DNA of 64,000 nt from an uncultured Candidatus Saccharibacteria bacterium (lineage in GTDB: Bacteria > Patescibacteriota > UBA1384 > DTJR01): NCBI GenBank assembly GCA_964487045.1, contig CAZAOT010000001.1, forward strand, positions 70,745 through 134,744, written 5' to 3'. Positions within the stretch are counted from its first letter, which is position 1. Each line of letters opens with the position of its first letter. The translations under genes and the position numbers were made by a program. A model generated the notes under the pieces. That model was not told where the DNA came from, searched no databases, and saw only the letters and a list, made by a program, of their open reading frames with translations. Of this stretch, positions 28,753 to 37,293 are shown in pieces.

Positions 28753-28781
28753 TTGACTAATTGTCCGATAAGGAGTAAAAT
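28753..28781 (+). promoter_or_regulatory. Sigma70-like promoter TTGACT-17-TAAAAT for the GC-rich Cys-rich gene
   Basis: Hexamers and 17-nt spacer read directly. Confidence 0.45.
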
Positions 28782-28823
28782 CTAACCACTTCGTTGTTCA
28801 CACCATTCTCTGGAGGAAGCAAG

Positions 28824-29483
28824 ATGTCGAGTAGTCGATTGTATTTCCGCGAAGAACCGCCGGTTGCGGAGGGTGTCTTGCCGTCGCTTGGCGGATCGGG
28901 CCTGAATATTCCGCCGGATGAGCTGGCGAGACGCCAGCGTTGTCGCGGCAATCACAAGGAGCTACCGAACCCGCAGAAGTACGGGTATCCGGTGAGCCTC
29001 GAGCACTGCGACTGTAACCGCTGCGAGGCGGTTGGGGACTGCAGCGCTCGCCTCGATGCTTTGCGTGCGATCTGCGCTGAAGCAATGGAGTTCGATAAGG
29101 AGACGATGCTCTTCTTCGCTGGATCCGAGGTCTGCCAGTCGTGCCGGTACTTCGCCGAGTGTTCTGCTCGGTCTGAGGCGCGGCGCAGTCACTGCGTTGC
29201 TCCTGAAGAGGAAAAGCCGAAGCCCAAGCGCCGACCTACGATTGAGGAGTGGCATGAGCGACATGCGCCGGCTGGCGGACCCGAGTTCTTCGGCTGGCCC
29301 TTGATCGAGTCATCGCTGGCTTGCCAGTGCTGCCCCGACTTGAAGGGTTGCCTGAAGGAAGTCGCACGCCAGAGCATGTGCGCTGACGGCAAGCCGAAGA
29401 AGGGCGATATTGAGACTCCCTTCGACCCCAGGCACCCTGCGTGTAAGGCATGTGGACACTGCGAAGCGCTTCGCGCAACGTAG
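28824..29483 (+). CDS. Cys-rich hypothetical protein (219 aa) in a GC-rich island; paired-Cys motifs CDCNRC, CQSCRYFAEC, CQCCPDLKGC, CKACGHC (putative metal-binding)
   Basis: SD GGAGGAAG 7 nt before the ATG at 28824; the track TTG start at 28794 is probably an over-extension. GC3-rich codons. Followed by hairpin gggtggc…gccaccc at ~29507-29536. Confidence 0.5.
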   Translation: MSSSRLYFREEPPVAEGVLPSLGGSGLNIPPDELARRQRCRGNHKELPNPQKYGYPVSLEHCDCNRCEAVGDCSARLDALRAICAEAMEFDKETMLFFAGSEVCQSCRYFAECSARSEARRSHCVAPEEEKPKPKRRPTIEEWHERHAPAGGPEFFGWPLIESSLACQCCPDLKGCLKEVARQSMCADGKPKKGDIETPFDPRHPACKACGHCEALRAT

Positions 29484-29596
29484 GTGTGAACAACTAGAGT
29501 CTCCAAGGGTGGCGGGCCGCAAGGTCGGCCACCCGTTTACATTCTGGATATTTATAAAATTTTTGATATGATATCTCAAGTCAAAAGATAAGTTTT

Positions 29597-29640
29597 GGCC
29601 TCATCATCTAGTGGTTAGGATACCATGTGATGATTTTTGA
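29597..29640 (+). other. tRNA-like 5' fragment. The first ~30 nt resemble the 5' half (acceptor + D-arm, ctagtggttagga) of the downstream tRNA-Glu; no anticodon/T-arm/3' acceptor found.
   Basis: Compared by eye with tRNA-Glu at 29748. Folds only as hairpin tcatca…tgatga. Possible tRNA remnant or att-site duplicate. Confidence 0.35.
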
Positions 29641-29747
29641 CAATATTGATAAGTCTGGCGTTCCACCCGCCAGACGCATCCTGGACACTGCGGGATTTTC
29701 GAGGTGGTACTCGAAAATTATTTTAAAAAAATTAAAAAATAGCTGAA

Positions 29748-29822
29748 GGCCCCTTCGTCTAGTGGTTAGGACGTCAGGTTCTCATCCTGGCAACGAGGGT
29801 TCGATTCCCTCAGGGGTCACCA
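29748..29822 (+). tRNA. tRNA-Glu (anticodon CTC), CCA encoded
   Basis: Cloverleaf by hand: acceptor GGCCCCT/AGGGGTC, D-loop AGTGGTTAG, anticodon stem TCAGG/CCTGG with loop TTCTCAT, T-arm GAGGGTTCGATTCCCTC, discriminator A + CCA. Followed by T6. Confidence 0.9.
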
Positions 29823-29897
29823 GCTATTTTTTAATTCAGTCAGCTTGCTCTCCGTGCGGTTTGCGAGTGGAGCGCAAACCTAAATCGCTAAAGAATT

Positions 29898-29918
29898 CAC
29901 CCTAGGGGTGTTTTTTTT
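29898..29918 (+). terminator. Small intrinsic terminator caccc-tag-ggggtg + T8
   Basis: Read directly; a second hairpin ggtttgcg-agtggag-cgcaaacc lies at 29858-29880. Confidence 0.45.
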
Positions 29919-29935
29919 GTTTATAAAATCAAAGC

Positions 29936-29985
29936 GGCCAGGTTCCGACTCTTTTACCCGTGGGTAAAAGAGTCGGAACCTGGCC
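29936..29985. repeat. Perfect 24-bp inverted repeat ggccaggttccgactcttttaccc-gt-gggtaaaagagtcggaacctggcc
   Basis: Arms verified base by base as exact reverse complements. Sits at the boundary of a ~215-bp GC-rich non-coding stretch (29986-30200). Confidence 0.8.
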
Positions 29986-30497
29986 GTGTGTGGGTCCCCA
30001 ATGGCGCCGCTCGTGCATCTCATGCTTGAAGCATCTGCGCGGGCCGCCGGCGCCGGTGTCGCGCGTCTGCTTAACGCGGTCAAAGGTGGGGTTCCGTCGG
30101 AACGACGAGCCGATCGGAGGTCCATACTTCATGCTACCATCTCCTCTTGTGCTCCGGACGAACCGGAGTTAATGGGAACGAACATCCTCGGCTTTGACTA
30201 AGCTAGTCTCAGCTCAAGAATTAGTAGGCATATATTAGCAAAAATGCTCAAAATTGTCAACCCCTATAACTAAAATATATTGTCGCTTTAGCGACCCCGC
30301 TAACAAAAGTCGATTTTGCGCTTCGAGAGGCCGATTCTAGCGAAGCGATTTTCGGAGTGTCTCAGAAAGCAAAATCGTCTTTTGGGCGTGTTAGGGTGAG
30401 GAAAGTTTTGAAAACCTAGGGAATTTGCTCGCAACAAATCCCTGGGTTTTCAAATTGTCTGTTAGCTTTAGCTAACTAATTTGATATAATTAAATTA

Positions 30498-30713
30498 ATG
30501 AAAAATAGGTTGATTTTAGGTAGTAGCTCACTTCTGACAGGACTGGCGTTATTCTTTTTTGCTCTAAAAAGCGACCCATCAGCTCAGGCTGATGTAATTG
30601 CACTTGATCCGATGGCGGCCGCGCGATTTCAAATAGTTCTCTATGGCGGTATTCTGTTAGTGCTTATTTCTTTTGTCTTTTTCGTCTTGGCTGCAACTTC
30701 GTCAAAAGACTAA
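30498..30713 (+). CDS. Small hypothetical membrane protein (71 aa, 2 TM)
   Basis: ORF with two hydrophobic segments; no family recognised. Confidence 0.35.
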   Translation: MKNRLILGSSSLLTGLALFFFALKSDPSAQADVIALDPMAAARFQIVLYGGILLVLISFVFFVLAATSSKD

Positions 30714-31978
30714 AGTCTGTAAAGATAGAACCAAAAAACTGATTTTGCCGGTATAGCTTCCTCTGGGAAGCTAATTTTCTTTAAGGCTACTCCAGATGAA
30801 TTTCCCGAAACGATATAAACTTCGCTAGATGCCTTCTTCTCGATAACTAATTGCCTAATTTTATACTTCTTGGCAAGTGTCTTCCCGTTTGAAAAATTAT
30901 ACTCGGAGTCATCGGTAATTTCCTTGTCTGAAGAATTGTAGAGTAAATTCCAGCCGATTGAAGGAGTAAGCGAGCTTTGTGAGTCAGTTGGGCTTGGGTC
31001 AAGCATTTTTTTGTCTTTATTGGAGCTGTATACGAGCGCGCCAGCATTTTGAGCAAATATTGATTGCGAGTCAGAACTTTTTATCCATTTTCCTCCAAGT
31101 AGCTGGTAAGCATCGAGGTTGTTTGATTCGAATAGATCATTTTTAGAGTTTTTTTCAAAACCAATTACACTCCAGCCCGGATAGAAAGTATATTTGCTAA
31201 TATTTGATAAAGAGGTGACCGAGGGGACTGCACTAGCTGTCTGTGATGGTGAAGGCGTAGACGAAACAGAAGTAGGAGGACTAGCTATAGGCGATGTTTC
31301 GGGGGATCTGGCAATAGAACTAGTGGGAGTGGGAGTCTCCTGAAAGGCTTTTTCTACCGAAAATGGGAGCATATTGCCTGAGGAAGCATCTTGCTCAACC
31401 TTAGGATCCTTTTCTAACTCAATTAGGCTAATACTCGATATATTTATTGTGCTTTCGCCCGAGAGGAAAATATAAAAATAATTGTCTCTAAAATTATCGT
31501 CGATATTAAAATATTTTTCGACTGTCGTTTCGTCTTTAGCTTCAGAGAGGGGATAAATCAGTGCATTTGGAGAAGAAACCCCGTTTTTTTGTATCCCAAA
31601 GTTCAGGATAGAAGATGGCTGAAAAATCGCAGTAGAATAGCTGATTTTTAGATGATAAGTTTTGTCCTTGCTTAAAGCAACTTTCTGGCTCAAAAGAGTA
31701 TAAGCATTGGCTTTATCATCTTGAGCGTTATTCTCAATGCGCAAAGTTGAGCTAACAACCTTAATGGAATTTAGCTCACTATTTGCTTTTTTGATCCATA
31801 CGTTGCTGTTTAATGACTCTTCCTTAAAATTAACATTTTTAAGAATTTGAACTTCAGGAGAAGATATATCAGCTGAGATCAGGCGGGAAATTTGGGGTGA
31901 CAGAAACAAAAGAAGTGCTAGCACACCCAAAATTGCCGCATATACAGGAAAATATTTGTTCAAATCCCGCTCCTTCAA
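30710..31978 (-). CDS. Secreted/anchored hypothetical protein with N-terminal signal anchor and S/T/P-rich linker
   Basis: N-terminal hydrophobic segment VYAAILGVLALLLFL; PTSS-rich segment mid-protein. Confidence 0.55.
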   Translation of the reverse strand: MKERDLNKYFPVYAAILGVLALLLFLSPQISRLISADISSPEVQILKNVNFKEESLNSNVWIKKANSELNSIKVVSSTLRIENNAQDDKANAYTLLSQKVALSKDKTYHLKISYSTAIFQPSSILNFGIQKNGVSSPNALIYPLSEAKDETTVEKYFNIDDNFRDNYFYIFLSGESTINISSISLIELEKDPKVEQDASSGNMLPFSVEKAFQETPTPTSSIARSPETSPIASPPTSVSSTPSPSQTASAVPSVTSLSNISKYTFYPGWSVIGFEKNSKNDLFESNNLDAYQLLGGKWIKSSDSQSIFAQNAGALVYSSNKDKKMLDPSPTDSQSSLTPSIGWNLLYNSSDKEITDDSEYNFSNGKTLAKKYKIRQLVIEKKASSEVYIVSGNSSGVALKKISFPEEAIPAKSVFWFYLYRL

Positions 31979-32054
31979 TCCTTATGCTACAAGAACATTA
32001 TAGCTGATTTTGAGTAATTAATGATAGTTTAAAAATAATTTTTCTAATCTGTTA

Positions 32055-32083
32055 TTGCAAAATCTATCATTTAGATCTAATAT
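32055..32083 (+). promoter_or_regulatory. Sigma70-like promoter TTGCAA-17-TAATAT upstream of the GC-rich basic-protein gene
   Basis: Hexamers and spacer read directly. Confidence 0.4.
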
Positions 32084-32174
32084 AGCGCTTAAGAAGTACG
32101 TTCCTTTAAGGGAGGCGATGTATCCTCAGGTAGCCGCAGCGTTTGACTAGACACTATTTCTACCGAGGTGTGTC

Positions 32175-32600
32175 ATGTCTGGCAGAAGAAAGAAGCCGTT
32201 TGCGCAAACGGGAGGAGAGGTGCTGGTCAGGTTTACTCCACCTGCAAGTGGAGTTCCGAGGACGATTGGCGAGACCGTAGATGGTGACAAGATCGTGGTC
32301 TCGCCGAATGCGATTCGACAGGCCAAAAGGGTCTGTGAACCCAAGGGCATCAGGCCGCCATTCTATCTCTGGCTTTTGAGCGAGTACATGGGCGATAGCC
32401 ACAAGATCAGGCTTCGCGGTTACGCTGTCAAGGTTAAGGCCACCCGAGGCCAGATCGACGACTTTGTCGCGAAGCGAGGCGATCCTCGTCTCCCAGACTA
32501 TCTGTTCGAGAAGCGCTTTGGGCCCAAAGCCGCGATCAGGCGGCGAAAGCGCTCTCGCAAGGCGGACGAGCTTCGCCGGAAGGCGCAGCGCCTTGCGTAG
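32175..32600 (+). CDS. Small basic hypothetical protein (141 aa, Arg/Lys-rich ends; possible nucleic-acid binding) in a GC-rich island
   Basis: SD GAGGTG 6 nt before the ATG. GC3-rich codons. N-terminal RRKKP and C-terminal RRRKRSRKADELRRKAQR. Confidence 0.5.
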   Translation: MSGRRKKPFAQTGGEVLVRFTPPASGVPRTIGETVDGDKIVVSPNAIRQAKRVCEPKGIRPPFYLWLLSEYMGDSHKIRLRGYAVKVKATRGQIDDFVAKRGDPRLPDYLFEKRFGPKAAIRRRKRSRKADELRRKAQRLA

Positions 32601-32617
32601 GGCGTACTGACTTCTTC

Positions 32618-32646
32618 TTGGCCCCGGCAGTATCTGCCGGGGCCAA
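32618..32646. terminator. Perfect 13-bp GC-rich hairpin ttggccccggcag-tat-ctgccggggccaa between convergent genes
   Basis: Arms verified as reverse complements. Confidence 0.6.
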
Positions 32647-32664
32647 CCTCATTATTAGATCTTA

Positions 32665-34158
32665 TTAGGCTGTTTTGGCAAACATATTCCAAATATCTAA
32701 AACGGTACTTCCAACTGAGGGGTTTGAAGTGCCCGATGATTGCTCTTCTGGATGTGTTGTCCTAGCTTCTGACCATTCTTCCGCGGAAGTATCATCAGAT
32801 GTTTCAGGTGGAGCGGAATATTGTTGCAAAAGCGTGCTGTACTCAGGAGAAGCAAAGCTTCTTGTCGCAAGGGTGAGAGCCGCGCCAGAGTTTCTAAATT
32901 TATTATTAAGAGCCTTTTGCCAAGTATCACTCAGGCGAAATAGCCCGGCCAGTTTATCGCTTTTAGAAAGTGCCTCGACAATTTGCGCCGGGGTAGATGT
33001 TTTTGGATCAATGTTGTAACGCTTCATTAACTCTTCTTTTGTGCTAACTCCTTCAGTTTGAAGAATTGTTTCAAAAAGCTGTTCACTATTATATGAAAAA
33101 TATCGTGCTCTAAAATCGATCAGGCTAGATGTGTTTTGTGCACCTTCGAGGAAGTGGGCGGTCATATCGGCCACAATTTCTTGAGCTGCGTGCATTCTAA
33201 GTTCCATTACTTTTTTTGGGTCGGTTTCGCTCTGAGAAGCTACAATTAAATCGCTAATATAGTTCCTAAAAAATGGCTTGGCTATTGTTGGATTAGCAAG
33301 AAGACTCAGAATTTCTTTAAGTTCTGGAGTGTCCGAAAAAGATTCGAGTCCAGAGTGGGGATTTTTAGCCGCTTCAAGAAAGCTAGTATATTTCGGTCCC
33401 CAGATTGAGAAAGCGGCCGCGTGGGCAAATTCGTGTCTAAGTAGGAAAGCCTTATCCGCGCCTTTTTCCTTGAAGAAATTATTATAAATAAAAATATTAA
33501 ATTTATTAGTTTTCTCGTCATAGGCAACATATGAATAAATATCAACGTTTTTATATTTTGCGTCTACTTCATCACCTGGAACGTCTTTGACAATGATCTC
33601 GCCATTTAGTATTCCAAGCATTTTTTCGCTTGATATCCGCTGATTTAAAATCATGCCATAAAAAGCTTCCCTGGCACTTTCAATTGTCTCAGCGGTCTGC
33701 TCAGCATTAATCTTGTTATCTATAAGCTTCTGATGAAGGGGAGCGATCAAGTTTGATTCAACTTGCATAAGTTGCTTAGCTAGTGCCTCGGGATTCTCCA
33801 CTGCAAAAACATCCTGCTTACTTTCGAGGTAGTTAACGAGAACTTCTTGACTGCAGCCGGTGCGGGTGAGCGCCTTGGCTAGATTCCTTGGCTCAAGGAG
33901 AGCAGCTTCGGCCGTACGTCTTTGATTTGCGACTTCTCTTTGGAGAACTCTTTCAAACTGCTCTTCTTGATCAATTTCGGGATCAGGATTAATTCTTTCC
34001 TCGGCTCTGAGCATTCTGAGAGAAAAATCTGATTCTTGGCTGGTTGGGATTGTTTCGATTGGCTGAGGCACTTGGTCTGTGTCATTAACGCCAGGAGACT
34101 CCATCGAAAAATCATCTTTTGAGCTATCTAATGTTGGTTCCTTCTCAGCGTTATCCAT
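32665..34158 (-). CDS. Hypothetical soluble protein with HExxH zinc-metallopeptidase motif (LLRHEFAHAAAF); last gene of the 32665-42999 operon
   Basis: HEFAH read directly; no TM segments. Acidic N-terminal region. Abuts the upstream gene (34159). Confidence 0.55.
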   Translation of the reverse strand: MDNAEKEPTLDSSKDDFSMESPGVNDTDQVPQPIETIPTSQESDFSLRMLRAEERINPDPEIDQEEQFERVLQREVANQRRTAEAALLEPRNLAKALTRTGCSQEVLVNYLESKQDVFAVENPEALAKQLMQVESNLIAPLHQKLIDNKINAEQTAETIESAREAFYGMILNQRISSEKMLGILNGEIIVKDVPGDEVDAKYKNVDIYSYVAYDEKTNKFNIFIYNNFFKEKGADKAFLLRHEFAHAAAFSIWGPKYTSFLEAAKNPHSGLESFSDTPELKEILSLLANPTIAKPFFRNYISDLIVASQSETDPKKVMELRMHAAQEIVADMTAHFLEGAQNTSSLIDFRARYFSYNSEQLFETILQTEGVSTKEELMKRYNIDPKTSTPAQIVEALSKSDKLAGLFRLSDTWQKALNNKFRNSGAALTLATRSFASPEYSTLLQQYSAPPETSDDTSAEEWSEARTTHPEEQSSGTSNPSVGSTVLDIWNMFAKTA

Positions 34159-37100
34159 TTAGGCCTTTTTATTGCCAGCTGAAGATATATCTCCGATTTG
34201 CTGGTCAAATGATTTTCCATCTTTGGTCTCAGCGGATAGGATTGATTGGGCCTGTTTTTGATCGGAATCTATCTGATCAATGGATTTCATCGATTCATCC
34301 TCGTCTGTTTCAGGAACTTCTTTCTGATCATCTGGCTTTAGGGCGCTTGCCGGTTTTGTTACGGCAACTTCAGCGATTTGTCCCTCGATCGTTTTTCCTT
34401 CCTTGGTCTGTCCGGCCAAAATCCCACCAATCTGCTCGCTGATATGCGTGTCGAGTTGCTCTACAGCTTGAGTTGGATTACTTACGACGGTTTGCTCTTT
34501 TATCCCTGCCATCTTCATCTCGTCAATGGTGTTAACAACCTCTTCTCCTTTATCCTTGGTTCTTTCGATGTCTTCTACCGAAGGAGTAGCAGCGCCAGAT
34601 AGTGCCGTTCCTGGTGCGAAACTACTGACCTGCGAAACGGCTTTTTTTGCATCTTGGGGAGATGGGTTAGATGACAATGTTTTGACTGCTTGGGTAAGTT
34701 GGCCTTTTAGATCATCGAAGTTTCGGCTGCTGCCTGACTTGAAACTCTCAGAAACTTTTTGTACGACAGCTTTTCCAATAACTGACTTATCCTCTTTAAG
34801 AGCCTTTGAAATTTGTCCAATTGCATCTTGCGTAATATCCCTTGAATCAACGCTTTGTTTGATGGTGTTAACGATTTCTGGCGTGGCGGTGGTAGGCAGA
34901 TAGCGTTTTATTTGCTCAAACGGCAAACTGGGGTTCTGAGCGATCGCTACCGCAGTCTTGGCTGGAGTACCGGCGACTTGCAGAGTTTTAGCGATCGTCT
35001 CTTTGGACTTATTGTTTGTTTCTTTAAGCCTTTCGATATAGTAAGTCGCATTTTTGTCGAAATAAGTTTGATTTTGAGAATGAAGAGACTCAATAACCTT
35101 GCTAGTATTCTGGGTTGAAGTTGATAGGGGAGCTTGGCTTTCGAGATTAGCTCTGATTGCTGATTTTAAGTCGAGATAGCCAGAAGTGGCATCTTTATTG
35201 TCTTTCTCCATCTCAACTTTAAGCGCATTCTCATCTAGTGGAGATTTTTCAGAAGGTAAACCTCGCTTGAAATTGATGATTTTATTGTAGGCTGCTTCGG
35301 GATTCTTAAAATTAGTTTTTAGGTCTACGGGATTGATAATTCCTTGCTGCAGGGAAAGTTTGAGAACTTCTATTGGTAGCACATCGAGCATGCCTTTTTG
35401 CGCAAGAGACTTAACTGCCTCTGGATGAACGATGCGATTTTGATCTACAACTTTGGCCAAGCTAGTCACTTTGCGGGCGGCATCGGCGCGCATTAGCGCG
35501 CCTTGATTATCAAGAACCTGCCCGTTTTTATTTCTCAGCTCATTTACTATGTTTGTTTCGCGAAACAAAGATTGGTTGCTGGTGTTTAAAATTTTTCTGA
35601 ATGTTTGGGGCTTGATATCAGAAATGGTATTAACCAGCAATCCAGAAGGACGATCTAGGTTTGCTTTGTGAGCTTTAGCGCTGATACTTTCGACTTCGCG
35701 AGCATTTATTCCGCCAGTGCTTCGGTTGACGATTGACGAGAAGGTTCGGGCAAACGATCTTGTTTCTTCCTTGTTTGTCGTATTTGTAACGTTTCGGTTG
35801 AGGTTGCGATTGGTCGGAGCAATAATCGACTGGGCTGCCTTAGACTCCAGGATCTTATCTGTAACTACGCCGGCAGCATTTTGCTGTTTCACTTTTAGTT
35901 CGGCGTTAGCACCTTTGGACAAGCCAAGGTTGGCAGCTAAGGATGATTTGGAGAGGGATAAGCTTAGCTTCTTAATATCATTTTCGATCGTAAATGGCAG
36001 ACGAATTAAAAATATTATTACGGCGCTTTTTACTAAGATGCTTACTGCGAGCATAAGTCCGCCAGCCCCAGTTGGAGCCGAGACAGTATTCATAAGATAA
36101 AAAATAAAGTTTACTGCGGGGGTATAGAAAAGCGCGATTAGCATAATCGTCCACCATTTTCTAAATAATCCTTGGGTTTGCGGCATCACATAGCAAGCAA
36201 AAGCGATTGGTGAGATGACGGTAAGGATACCGACCACAATTGGTCGAAGCGCCAACACATATTCGAAGGCAAAAACGACGACCGAAGGAATGAAAATGAA
36301 AATCGTACCGAGTACGCCAGATACAAGAGAATATTTGTTGTCACTTGCGGCCGAACCCATAACGGTGCCACCAATATTGAAAATTACATTGAGCGCCTCC
36401 TGGCCCGCATTTACTGAATTGTAAACACCATGCAATCCGAGACTAGCTCCACCGCCCATGATGTTATAGAAAGGATGAACAGCGTTATAAGGAGAGAACA
36501 CTTGAAATTGATAGAGAAAATCGACACCACGCGAAAGGATAAAGATCATGTAGATTGCAAGATATCCGCCGATTAGGGCAATGATAAGATTGGGAAGCAT
36601 CCGCTTGACCGTATAGGTATTGATATCGATATGCAGAATATTGGCAAAAGCAATTAAAAATAATAGAATCAAGCCTAGTGAAACGGCGATCCCGCGAACT
36701 ATCCTAAAGCCAGAATTTACCCAGCCACCTGGGCCGCTATTATTTGGCTCTAGGTCGGCAGTTAACTGAGAATAATTTTTATTATCATAAATTCCACTAT
36801 TTGTTCCGGTCGATAGAAGTTTGCCTACACCAAAAATGTTGTTTCCACTGACTTTAAGCGGGCCGCCAGAATTATTTGTTCCGGTGCAAAGTCCTGTTGT
36901 TGATCCAGGTGTGGCGCTAAGCGGAGAGGAAAAAGTTATTGAGTTGTCATAGTTCGACATTCCAACGGCCTGGATAGTACAGGTAGAGTTGGTAGCAAAT
37001 TCGGCGGTTGCGGAGGCGGAGACGGAGATAATAGCGCAAAATGGACCTTGCAAAATATTTTCTTTTTGAAATCTGAACATGTCATTGCAGATTCCTGTAA

Positions 37101-37293
37101 AATCTTTAGAGCTTGTAGAAGTAGGCGCTGATGTAGATCCGGCTAGGGAAGTGGTTGACCAGTCTTTGAAGCCTGCGTTGTTCGCTCCAGCATTGCCCAC
37201 ATTGAACTCTGCTTTAGCTTTGCTGGAGAAAGAAAAAGATAATGCTAAAGCTAACACTAGAAAACTTAAGTATTTTATTTTAATCAAACCCAA
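34159..37293 (-). CDS. Large polytopic membrane protein (1044 aa). Signal peptide, extracytoplasmic N-domain, 6-8 TM core, long hydrophilic C-terminal extension; VirB6/TrbL/TcpH-like architecture.
   Basis: Signal MGLIKIKYLSFLVLALALSFSFSSKAKA, then a multi-TM core (…GLFRKWWTIMLIALFYTPAVNFIFYL…) paralogous to 39383-42349, then a ~550-aa low-complexity hydrophilic tail. Confidence 0.6.
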   Translation of the reverse strand: MGLIKIKYLSFLVLALALSFSFSSKAKAEFNVGNAGANNAGFKDWSTTSLAGSTSAPTSTSSKDFTGICNDMFRFQKENILQGPFCAIISVSASATAEFATNSTCTIQAVGMSNYDNSITFSSPLSATPGSTTGLCTGTNNSGGPLKVSGNNIFGVGKLLSTGTNSGIYDNKNYSQLTADLEPNNSGPGGWVNSGFRIVRGIAVSLGLILLFLIAFANILHIDINTYTVKRMLPNLIIALIGGYLAIYMIFILSRGVDFLYQFQVFSPYNAVHPFYNIMGGGASLGLHGVYNSVNAGQEALNVIFNIGGTVMGSAASDNKYSLVSGVLGTIFIFIPSVVVFAFEYVLALRPIVVGILTVISPIAFACYVMPQTQGLFRKWWTIMLIALFYTPAVNFIFYLMNTVSAPTGAGGLMLAVSILVKSAVIIFLIRLPFTIENDIKKLSLSLSKSSLAANLGLSKGANAELKVKQQNAAGVVTDKILESKAAQSIIAPTNRNLNRNVTNTTNKEETRSFARTFSSIVNRSTGGINAREVESISAKAHKANLDRPSGLLVNTISDIKPQTFRKILNTSNQSLFRETNIVNELRNKNGQVLDNQGALMRADAARKVTSLAKVVDQNRIVHPEAVKSLAQKGMLDVLPIEVLKLSLQQGIINPVDLKTNFKNPEAAYNKIINFKRGLPSEKSPLDENALKVEMEKDNKDATSGYLDLKSAIRANLESQAPLSTSTQNTSKVIESLHSQNQTYFDKNATYYIERLKETNNKSKETIAKTLQVAGTPAKTAVAIAQNPSLPFEQIKRYLPTTATPEIVNTIKQSVDSRDITQDAIGQISKALKEDKSVIGKAVVQKVSESFKSGSSRNFDDLKGQLTQAVKTLSSNPSPQDAKKAVSQVSSFAPGTALSGAATPSVEDIERTKDKGEEVVNTIDEMKMAGIKEQTVVSNPTQAVEQLDTHISEQIGGILAGQTKEGKTIEGQIAEVAVTKPASALKPDDQKEVPETDEDESMKSIDQIDSDQKQAQSILSAETKDGKSFDQQIGDISSAGNKKA

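Noticed and set aside
28798-29579. Six overlapping alternative-frame ORFs (85-105 aa) in the GC-rich island, and similar ones in 15945-16358, 16721-17113 and 29880-30201
   Set aside because: GC-rich DNA has few stop codons, so long spurious ORFs appear in every frame. Only the frame with SD + ATG and regular Cys spacing (28824-29483) was kept. The 29880-30201 ORFs lie in a hairpin-dense non-coding region.
29597-29720. A second complete tRNA upstream of tRNA-Glu
   Set aside because: Only the 5' acceptor/D-arm-like part is present. No anticodon stem, T-arm (no GTTCGA-type loop) or complementary 3' acceptor strand could be folded on either strand. Reported as a tRNA-like fragment instead.
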